A stretch of DNA of 64,000 bases from Selaginella moellendorffii (lineage: Eukaryota; Plantae; Lycopodiophyta): positions 252,979 to 316,978 of the forward strand of contig NW_003314299.1 in the NCBI RefSeq assembly GCF_000143415.4. The letters run 5' to 3'. The notes below the pieces were generated by a model that saw nothing but the letters and a program-made list of their open reading frames with translations, had not been told where the DNA came from and did not search any database. Below, in pieces: positions 24,921-34,938 of this stretch. The translations under genes and the position numbers were made by a program. Position 1 is the stretch's first letter, and every line of letters starts with the position of its first letter.

Positions 24921-27900
24921 TCACGCCTCCTCTGATTCAGATTCGGATTGTTCACCTTGAAATAAAATATATTAGAAACTTAGTAAAGGAATATTAATGA
25001 ATCTCACCTTGAACCCGGGTTATGAATGCTTTTGCTGCATCTCTTGCATGGTCTGGCAAGGTGATGGTGGCACTCTGCTTCCACATCCAACCATGCACAA
25101 CATTATCCACCGATATGCTCATGCTGGGATCCCTTGGATTCAGCACCCATCTCTTTTCTAGGCAATCCTTCGTATATCCGGAACTTGGCTTGAACCACTC
25201 CACAGTTACATTGAAGGAGTTAGTTTCCGCGTCCTCCTCTGCATCAGTGATGCAGCGCCCCACCCATATCATTTGTTTTTTATTACTGGGTCTGACAAGC
25301 ACGACCATTCCTTTGCAGACCTGTACTGGATTGAATGCTGAATCCGGCTTCTTGTTCCTCGGCCCACAATAGTGATCCTCAACATCGTTATCTTTCACTG
25401 CATTTCCAGAGGACATTGTTTCGCTACTATCTAGTGCTCTGGGTTCTGGCCAAAAGGACTCTTCCAATTCTTCATATACAACCGGCCCATTTTGGATAGC
25501 AGATATAATCTTCTCCCAGTATTCGAGCAAAGGCTTGCACCTTTGAAAATAGGATTCTCCACCAAACACCAACCCCCTCTTCCAGAAGGCAATATGCTGT
25601 CTAATCCCGGCCACTATACTTTCCTGGTCTTTAAGTCCATCCGGGTGCATCGGCCGTGGGGAACCCTGAGGAATCATAGGTTCCCCAGTTATGGGATCTC
25701 TCTTGAAGAGTTCAATGCCGTCCACTGGCAGCCACACTGTGTCCCATTCTCTCATCTTGTACCTCATCACTGGAGCACCGTCACACATTCTGAAATGAAA
25801 CTGAAGAGGCTTGGAGTGGCCAATCAGCGTTTCGGATCCGTCCCTGATGTAGCCTCTTACAAACCCCTTAAAGTCTGGAACCTCTGTCAGAAGTGCAGCT
25901 TCAACAGTGCCTTTGATGCAATTTTGGAATTCATCATAGAGTTGTGGGAGGGTGAGGATATTGGATCGCCGGAGGGACTCTGCCAGGTGACTGAACATGG
26001 CATCGACGTCTTCATGAGTGTGCCCAACCATGAGAAAGCCAAGTGTAACCGTTTCAAATATGCCTTTGGCAACAAGCATCGCCAAGTACGCGAAGACGTA
26101 CATGTTTTTGTTCTCACTGTCAGCATTGTCTGTTTGGAGCAGAAGATGGGGTGGAAGGCCACATCGGCCGCAAGAACTTCCTTGAGATTCTGCTTCGTTT
26201 GGATGAGGCTGTGCATTCACCGGGCGACCAGCCTCGTCGGAATGGCATGAGGCCTCACGTGATAATCCTACAATCTGACGGCCAACATATTCACTGGGAT
26301 GGCATGGGGCCCCACGCGATACTGCAAGCCTTTGCTCCTCCTCCAGCTGAACCCTGTATGGGGTTCGATCGACAAGGGCCTTATGCAAGGGTTGGCCGTT
26401 CAGCTCAGTTTGTGCACTTTGCAAAGACCTTAAGTGTTTTGTTAGGGACGCAATCATCATGTTTGCACCCCCGCCACCCCATAGAGGTACAAAGAAGTTC
26501 CCATAGTTCTGGGCACCATGCCCATGAGCGATTATGCCAAACAGAGACATAGGCAGCTGGATGGATGAAGAGATTGCCTTGGGGGCAGGATTGAGTCGAG
26601 GTAAGCACGTCTTTTTCTGGTCCATTTTGTCGTGGATGATGCAGAGGTAAGAGTCAGGTCTCTCCATGGAGAGAATCCTGTTATGATAATATGCAGTCCT
26701 GCAGCTTCTCTGCTTGATGTTGTGGTCGAGCCGCCTTCTAACCAACGTCTCTCACTCTTGAGCACTGCAAGAATTCTTCGACAAAGCCATTTTGATAGCA
26801 GTGCACTCGTCACACTTTGAAAAGCTGGAGTACTTTCCTATACTCACATCCCTGAACCTGTTGCTCCACAATCTACTAAATCTAGATTGGCTCAACTTCC
26901 TGTAACCATTACTCTGGAGTTCCCGATTCACATCTTCCAATATGGCGCCCTTGGTATACATGGAAGGGAGAACTCGTTGGGTGTCTCGTGTTCCATCTTC
27001 CAAGAGGCGGGTTTTATGTGGTTACTGCTCGCTACATGTCTCGACAAACCTCTTGAAGATTGCCTCTCCATATACAACATGACCCCTAGTTTTGTGCGTA
27101 CTGTCATTCCCATGGACTGCCTGTTGAACCCTTTGTTCCTCGAACTCAGTTTTGATTCTGTAGAATGTGGTTCGAGGGACTCCATAAATGATTCTCCATG
27201 CCTTCATGCAGACCAAACCCCTCTGGAAGACCATGCCCCCCACCTGATGTTCTGAAGCATCAACAGATGACCGTAATGCCTTATACACAAAATTGCGAGC
27301 TGCCCTCCAGAACAATGTCTTGTATCTTGCTCTCTCCTCTTCAATAGCATCCCAATCAGCATGTTGACAGCACCTCCTCTTGCAACAAGCAACTGTCGAG
27401 ACCATTCGAACCTCCATCGCCATTTTCTGCCTTTTCGGTTCGTTGCTCAGATCCCTTTGGCTGCGCTTTAGGAAGGTGTACTTTCTTTTCCCATGAAGAG
27501 ATGTTCTGTCATCAGTTGTAGTGGTGTTTGATTGTGAATCCTTCACATTTTCAAACACTAAGTGCCTCAATTTCCACCGCACAATGCTTCCAATAGTCAG
27601 ACTGTTTTCTTCTGTGTCAACAACCTCTAAAATCGCAACTCCAATATCATCCCAGCCCAATTCTTGATTAGCAACCGCATCTTTTGGATCGACAACTGTG
27701 GCTAAGCCCTTAGCTACCACCTCCCCCTCGGGGTTGTTTAGAAACACCTTTGCCTAAATCCATGTAGCACGGTTCTTAAGATCCACGGAGGGAACATGCG
27801 TCGCACTTGCACTGTCCCCAACATCTGCTTTCTTCTGAAGATTTTTCAAGACAACAACAACATTTACCCCGACGACCATCTCTGCTCGTTCAATAGCGAC

Positions 27901-28062
27901 CACATTCCCATCGAAGACAGTCTCTACTGATACAGCAGCATTGCTTTCCCCAAGCCTTTGACAGTGTATAACAAAGTTCCGATCCATAGACACAAGGGTC
28001 CCTTTTGCAACTCTCTTCCCACCATTCAAAATGTAAACCTTTTCCCCAACCCTGAAGGCCAT
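24921..28062 (-). pseudogene. Sola1-like DDD transposase (~1030 aa consensus), three in-frame stops in this copy
   Basis: ORFs 27754-28062, 27022-27747, 26752-27003 and 24994-26745 are one frame broken by TAG/TAA/TGA that are CAG/CAA/CGA in other copies. Motifs VCMKAWRIIYG, FSKCDEC, IIHDKMDQ, LQTDN.xSENKN, FLMVGHTHEDVDAMFS. Predicted last intron 24956-25007 adds GEQSESESEEA*. Confidence 0.85.
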
Positions 28063-28426
28063 TCTGAAAGTGCGGAAAAGAAGTTAAGACCATACAAAAA
28101 ATGATTGGAAAATGGCCTAAATCATAACATACCAAACAACCTCAATAGCATGAGGCCACATGCCATTATTCAAACATGCTATTGACACCCACGTGAAATT
28201 TCGCATTCACAAAATTGGCATGAGCCCTCATGCCATCTTGATATACACACAGCTGCAGGCAAGTAAAAACATACATGACAATACGCTAGCCATGAAATTG
28301 CAAGGGCCCAAGATGGCATGTGGCCTCATGCCATTTCTAAATGTGGTCCTAAGCCATTCCATGGTGAACATACCAGGAAGCACAAGTGCCGAATATCAAG
28401 AGGAAGCGGTAGCCACACCAAAGACA

Positions 28427-28560
28427 GTGCCGCTCGCAACACCGCAACTACTCGTAGCGCCGCTCGCAACACCGCAACTGCTCGTAGCGCCGCTCGCACA
28501 AACTGCCACTCGCATAAACTACCGCTCGCAATGGCGCTTGCAATGCCGCAACCGCTCGTA
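28427..28560 (+). repeat. 30-bp CG-rich tandem repeat (GCGCCGCTCGCAACACCGCAACTRCTCGTA) in the divergent intergenic region
   Basis: About 2.5 units plus degenerate units. Also at ~10348-10480 and ~60987-61120. Confidence 0.85.
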
Positions 28561-29585
28561 GACGCATAAACCACAACTCACAACGCCGCTTACACAAGCA
28601 GCGCTCACTGCGCTCAGCGGAACCAAGAACACGGCGCACAAAAATGATAGACCTAGGAATGAGTTCGAGAATTCAAAAATAACACACGCTTGAACGTCAC
28701 ATCAAATCCTCTGACAAACCAGATCTTATGACTCCTCTGACAAATTTCAAACTGAGTAGCTTCTAGACTTTGCTGTCGGAGGTTGAACTTTGTCACATCA
28801 TGTCCTTGCCTCGATCCAGCTGTGCCATGTCAGTGATTCGAACTTTGCCATGCCATGTTAGCGATCCGCGCCAAAATTATTCGCCGTGTAAAGGAATAAT
28901 TATGCTGTGTGCGTACGTCCATTTATGGCAATATAAGGCCACACGCCATTCAAAGAATAATGCTAGTCGAGCATTTTTTGGTGCATTTTTGGGTTCAAAA
29001 TTGCATGAGCCCACACGCTAGAAAGTTTACATGTACCAAGAATAGAAACAGCTTTATTTACTTGGGAATTTAAGTGGTTGAGGCATTTTTAAACTTACAA
29101 ACACATGCTCTACTTACATTCCTTTGGTTGCTTAAAATTCAAAAATATTATAAACCTTTCTTTTTGCATTTTCAATGTTTTCAGTTATGGTTTTTGATTT
29201 TTGCAGGACCAGCCTAGTAATCTATTTGCATCCCGTCATGTTTATAGCTAGCTTTCGTTTGTCCCCTTCGCTTATTTCTTTATTTAGCTGAACATTTGCC
29301 ATTTTTTAAAATACAAGATGCTTTGGAATATCCAATCATGCATGGTATAAATATAGCGAGGGTATTAAATGATATCCCAATCATGATCTTTCTTTTGGAT
29401 TTCGCGTGCATGCAGTCCGAGGAATGATGACGTTGCGGATTTCTTTTGGATTTTGCGTGCTTGCATGTGCGCGGCAATCCAGAAATTAATGGTGGCGCCC
29501 AAGTCCGAGGAATGATGATGTGGCAGGATTACCAACCGTCGTGACATTTCGCGCGTGTGAGGTTAGGTTTTGCATTTTTCTTCGT

Positions 29586-29735
29586 ACTCGCGCTCGCACA
29601 CTCGCGCTCGCATCGTGCTCCCACTCGCGATCACGCTCACATTCGCGCTCATCTACCTTCTCTACAGGTTTCTCGTGTGCATCGGCGTCCACTCGCGCTT
29701 GCATCACACTCACGCTCGCATCGCGCTCGTGTGCA
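29586..29735 (+). repeat. CACTCGCGCTCGCATC-type CG-rich repeats upstream of the cargo gene (putative promoter/5' UTR)
   Basis: Unit number varies among copies (12510-12670; expanded at 63158-63365). Confidence 0.75.
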
Positions 29736-29955
29736 TCGGCGTCCACTTCAAGACACACCCAGTTTGTAACTTTGCCGCCAACTCCGCCGCCCACTCCGCC
29801 ACCCACACGCAGCCCACTTGGCGTCCCGGGAGATTTCAGCGCCACTCTCCAACTGTTAAGTGGCAGAGTAGCCTTGCTGCTACGATCCGCTGCACACATA
29901 GTGCACACTCGCCAGCGAGTCCGGCCTCGATTGTCACGCCTCCATTCGGCTTCAA

Positions 29956-32900
29956 ATGGTAAGTCTTTTAGGCTAAGTAGAAAATGGCATGAGGCCACAT
30001 GCCATTCAGTAGCAACATTGGCATGCACCGATTGGGCTCTCGAGTGCAGTCCGGTTACAGATGGTGTGTAGCCTCACGCCATCTTAGGATGCAGCCTCAA
30101 GACATCTGATGCAGTAGTGAATGGCGTGTGGCCTCACGTTATTTCCAGCTGCTAGTTTTTCATCTGTCAGCTCTAATTGTTGTGCATTTCTGAACAGGCG
30201 AGGAATTGCGTTCTTCTTCCAGCCACTGTCAATGTAGATGCAGAGAAGGGAGAGGAGCTCACCAGTTGGACTTTCGGGATGGAAGGCGAGGATCTGAGGC
30301 TGTACAACACAGATGGTGGGAGAAAAGAATGCATGGGGATCCTCATCCAAGTGACAGACACTCCATGCAGTTCCATGCAAGAATATGGACTGGCACTTGT
30401 GGTAGAGACAACGTCCGCCTTCAAGATCCACCTTGCACATCCTAGAGGCTTCCCGGAGGGGGGTAGCGGCTATGAGGAATTCCTAGAGGGAGCTAGGGAG
30501 AGGTTGTCCAGGAGGCCCACAATTTCAAAGACGCTGCAGGTCTATGAAGATCACATGGAATCCACGGACCTCACCTACGGCGATGTTCAAAAACTATATT
30601 CCAACATTGAGCCGTTGAGAGTGCCTCCAGTTCGCGAAGCGAAGGGGAAGGGGGTCGATCTGGAAACTACCCCGAAGCAGAAAAGGGTGGTCAAGCTCAA
30701 GCCGACGTCCGACTCTCCTGCTCCAAAAAAGAAGCTACTCGGTGATGTCATTGCCTCGGGTTCGAACACTACACCCACCAAAAAGAAGTGCCGCAAAGAG
30801 CAGAAAGAGCAAGAAGAGGCAGCAAAAATCGTCGCAGATAATAGTACTTGTTACTATTCCAACAAAGTATATACAATCAACGTGAGCCGTATCGACATCC
30901 AAAGCAAATACAACGACAGGCTAGTATCTGATGAGTGGGTGGAGAAACTGAAGCAGAAGATGCTGGCAAATCCAGTAACACCCGACATCGCAAACGTGAT
31001 CCCCTACTACCGAATAATGAAGGGCGAGACGAGGTTTCCAGACTTGATCAATATGAAGGTGTTGGACGATCAGAACATCCGGTTCTATGCCGTCTCCGGG
31101 CAGCATTCTAGCTTGGCGATGCAAGAGATAGTTGTGGATATTATGGTGGGCGAGGAGGTGAAGAAAGTCTTCAAGACAAGAGTTGTCCGCCTGATAAAAG
31201 GCAACTCGCCCCTCCGATCTATTATATCCATCTCCCATGCGCAGAATGTCAAGCAAGAAACGTGCTACAAATCGGGTCTGCACGAGACATTGGCACGAAC
31301 ACGGAAGCTCTGGGTTCAACTGAAGAAGCCACAAAAACCAGGACAAGGACGTGCACTAGCAACAAGCGCCTGGCAGGTAAGCCTCGTTGCATGTGGCATA
31401 GCATGTGGCCTCACGCCATTTCCATTGCAAGAATTCTCCAGTCTTCTCTCGAAAACACTGGGGGTCAATGACACACTCAGCATCCATAACATTCTACTCG
31501 CGACAAAAGTTGTTTTTGACAAATGGGTAGATGTGCTGAGGAGGTACCATGACGGGGAGTTGCTAAACTCAATGGGTGTGGAGGACGGCCAGAAGCCCAA
31601 TGATTTGAAGCTCAACGCCTTGCGTTTCTCGCGGTCTCTAGACGACGACGACCTTATGACAGTGGCTAATGCTCTTCTACGTGGTGAGGTAGTCTTCAAC
31701 AAGACCAAAATGACTCCCGGCCATATTGTGACATACGAGGACTTGTGCACGACTCTGAGAGCTCGTGCGCTATTGAAGGATTGGATCTTTGAGCAAGTGG
31801 CCGTGGAGAGGGTGAGCATCGACACCACGCAAGAGATGATGGAAGAGCTGGAGTTGTCAAATGAAGACATTGACGAGTACGTGAAGGGGGCCCCCAAGTT
31901 CATCGATCTACTGCAGGATGCCACGAAAAGTAAAGCTGAGAAGTTGGATCAGTATCCAAATTTCATTAAGAGGGATGTCGACCGCAGGCTTCAGAAACAG
32001 CTCGACCCCGCAGCAGAGGCGTATCGAGAACCTTACCGGGTATACGTGAATTCGGATGAGGATCAAAGGTGGAGGAGCATCGTTTCCCGCGGAGATGAGC
32101 AGGTCAAAAACATCTTTTGTGTGATGGACTTCACAAACGAGGAGATCAATCATGCAGACAAAGTCAGCTCCATCATTGACTTAATGGTGGGACTTGCGGA
32201 GGTGGAATCTTCAGTCCACTATATGATCTATGACTCCGAATCCTATCACAAGTTCTGGAAGGCCTTGAACGAGGTGAAGGCTTGGTTGAAAGGCAAGGAG
32301 ATGCGGGAGATCCATGGGATAATGGCTAAGAAAAAGATACCGACGAATGTCCGCATCTTCACACTCGCCCTTGTTATTGGTCCTGCAGCAGAGTGGGACT
32401 GGAGTGACTTCCCAGCTTCGTTCGACAAGGCCGATCGAATTGATCTGAGGGAGGTCAATTTACCCGTGCCTGAGGAACTGAAGACGGCTATAGAGCTTTG
32501 GAATCCAAAGAAAGCTCCAGGTGCAGCATGGGAAATGCTCAGCTTGGTCTTCAACGCAATAGCGGGTGGGTCACCTGCTTCCGACTCTAAGGGCAAATGC
32601 GTTGTCGAGTACAACTGCGGTGGACTATTCTTTCGAGCCGCACTACTCAAGGGTGTCCCGTGTGTTGCGGTGACAAACTCCATTGAAGAGGTGACTTCAA
32701 TGGAGCATATAAATGGAGCATCAGGTAAATAATAGTACATCCATTCCTAACCTTTTACCATTTCTAACATTGTCCATGTAGGTCGCAGAGCAAATGGTAA
32801 GTAGAGATTATTCAATTGAATTAAGATACAAACTCTAGCCTTTAGTGTCGAGGAAGGATAGTGCCAAGCAAGGGTCGAAACGTATGTCCAATCCTTCAGA

Positions 32901-34213
32901 ATCAGCAGTGCGCCCAAGTGATATCGGTCCTAGTTCCTCAATAGCAGTTGATAGTAAATACAGTATAGTCGATTCAATGTGCTAATGAGTTTGTTTTTAG
33001 TAGCCAGTAGGGAGGATACCATCTCAATTGAAGGGAGATATTTGGACATGCATATGGATCCGCCAGTAGACTCTACTTGCCTGCAAGAGTCATCAGAGCT
33101 GGTGGAGGCTACTATCCATATCAACGCCAAGCAAGCTAACCACGCTCCACTTGATGCTGCCCATACCACTGAGTCAATCTTGTCCACGTATCCAACTGAC
33201 GGTGACCAGGCGCCATTGGACCTGCATGAGGCCGCCCCAGCCGCCGAGCCGGTCGTATCCTCATTTCCAACGGACTCAACGTGTGCCCAATCGTCTGACT
33301 ACGTGCCGTTGGAACCTCCCTACACCGCCCCTGCTGCCTGTTCGGTCATGTCCACTTTGCCAACGGAGGCACCAGCTGAAATGGCGTGTGATCACACGCC
33401 ATCGGAACCACCCCATGCCACTATTGAGCCAGTTGTACCAGAGTCTACAGCTGAAATGGCATGTGCCCACACGCCATCGGATGTGATTGACCCCACATTG
33501 CAGAGGAGAGTATTTCCGCCCTTCACGTTTCCTCGACCAAAACCCTCTCAACGACCATCGAGAGCACCATTCGCTAATATTGTAGATGGTAAAATTGACT
33601 TGTACCATTTTTTATGCTGACGCATTTCATTTCAGAGTCACGGCGAAGGTACTGTATCGTTTTTGATCTGAACGGTGTCCTTTTCTCCCATGAGCGTGGC
33701 TCGTCCTCGAATGTCACTGCACCCTCCAAAGCCTGCGGTCGCAAGTTGGTCAAAAGAGACAGATTCACATTAATCACACGGGAGAAACTGCGGGATCTAA
33801 TAATGACCATGCGACACTTAAAACAGAGGGCCGGGTTCAATTTGCAATTGGGAGTTTGGACATCCATGATGCGCCACAATGCATTAACGTTGCTACAGAT
33901 GATGCACGATCAGACACGAGTAATATTACCATTTGACTTTCTCCTAACGCAGGAGGATTGCTTGACTATGGTCCATGTGAGGGGTAGCAAGCCCATCTTC
34001 GTCAAGCCAGAGGCTGTAGTGATGAACCGGACTGCTAGGTCAAGTGAAATCCTCATCATCGATGACTCGCCGATTAAAACTGCAGCGAACACGCACACAT
34101 ATGCAGTGCACCCCATCTCTTGCAGTATGGAAACTAGGGAGAAGAAACCCTATGTTCTGGGGGACCTTGCAAAACGGCTTGGAGCGATGGTGATAGAGAA
34201 CCGGCCAGTCTAG
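29956..34213 (+). CDS. Predicted spliced cargo gene: ParB/Srx-like domain + degenerate N6A/N4C DNA methyltransferase fold + Pro/Ser linker + FCP1/NIF HAD phosphatase (~1250-1330 aa)
   Basis: Exons ATG 29956-29958 / 30198-32724 / 32782-32796 / 32846-32953 / 33001-33588 / 33636-34213, all GT-AG and phase-compatible. Motifs FYAVSGQHSSLA; CVMDFT..NPKKAP..GKCVVEYNCGGLFFRAA; IVFDLNGVL..GVWTS..KPIFVKP..LIIDDSPIK. The frame continues past two TAGs to TGA at 34447. Confidence 0.72.
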
Positions 34214-34914
34214 GAGGTGGCTACAGAAATCAACCAAATGGCAGATGGAACGGTATATCAGAAGCCATTTGATCGGACAGACACCAGTCATCATTTATAG
34301 CATGTATATTGTCTAGCCAAGCACTATCCGCATCTCCATAATCTGCTCAACCGGATGGGTTCTTCAACCACTGAACATGAGCGTGGACGTATTAGAGAAG
34401 AGATGGCATTACTATTGGGTTTAAATCCTGATAGTGTGGAGAGATGAAATTCCAAGATTATTGTATAGGCGTTGGAGGCAAAAAATAACAGTCTGAGATG
34501 GCATGTATTTATTTAAAAATGTAACTTATTATGGCATGGGGTTCCATGCCATTGTATTAATATTAAAAGACAATTCTTTGAGAGGATTTGCATTATACTA
34601 GAAGTGTTACAGCATGTTATTGGAAGTCTACGAAGTTGTTTTATTAATAAGGGGAAAGTAAAGATTGAATGGGGACTTGGGCTCCACTTAGACTCGGAGC
34701 AATTGAGCCAATATTAAAAGGATGGAAAGAAATTGGATGACGATGACAAGGAGAAGAGAGAGGTGAAGCAGTGGCAGGGGGAGGAGAAGTGATTGAGTAG
34801 ACATTTCCTTGTTTAAAATAAAATGGCATGTGCCTCAATGCAGTTGAATTTTGTTATATTTATATACTATATAAAGGTTTGGAAACCTTATTTTACAAGT
34901 GGGATAATGGCAAT

Positions 34915-34938
34915 TCCCACTTTAACGAAATAGAGCTT
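34915..34938 (-). repeat. Right TIR (also 14951-14974)
   Basis: TCCCACTTTAACGAAATAGAGCTT, immediately followed by the TSD. Confidence 0.95.

Larger units (their letters stand above)
23589..34843. repeat. Dispersed 22-bp palindrome family ATGGCRTG-N6-CAYGCCAT (~23 copies in copy 2, including degenerate ones)
   Basis: Approximate starts: 23993, 24753, 24900, 26242, 26299, 28146, 28215, 28314, 28928, 29984, 30061, 30121, 31398, 33380, 33456, 34531. Orthologous sites in copies 1 and 3. Confidence 0.9.
23363..34938. mobile_element. Sola1-like TIR DNA transposon, copy 2 (most complete coding content)
   Basis: Same termini as copy 1. TSD gaag at 23359-23362 and 34939-34942. Empty-site homolog at ~51800-51825 (minus). 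Lacks ~1.0 kb of intergenic DNA at ~29272 and the 197-bp hairpin segment. Confidence 0.95.

Noticed and set aside
25492-26250. Plus-strand ORFs overlapping the transposase (also 57735-58613, 4770-5327) and minus-strand ORFs over the cargo gene
   Set aside because: Antisense shadows of real coding sequence with no motifs of their own.
28160-30071. ORFs in the divergent intergenic region (133, 183, 180 aa etc.)
   Set aside because: They derive from CG-rich tandem repeats and palindromes, and frames or starts differ among copies.
23589-34843. Palindromic repeats as a CRISPR array
   Set aside because: Spacing is irregular (tens to >1000 bp), copies lie inside genes, there are no cas genes, and the context is eukaryotic.
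23363-34938. Classification as CACTA, hAT, Mutator, Harbinger or Helitron
   Set aside because: The 4-bp variable TSD, non-CACTA termini and DDD motif set (DNxxxENKN, GHTHEDVD) do not fit those superfamilies. Sola1-like is the best by-eye match.
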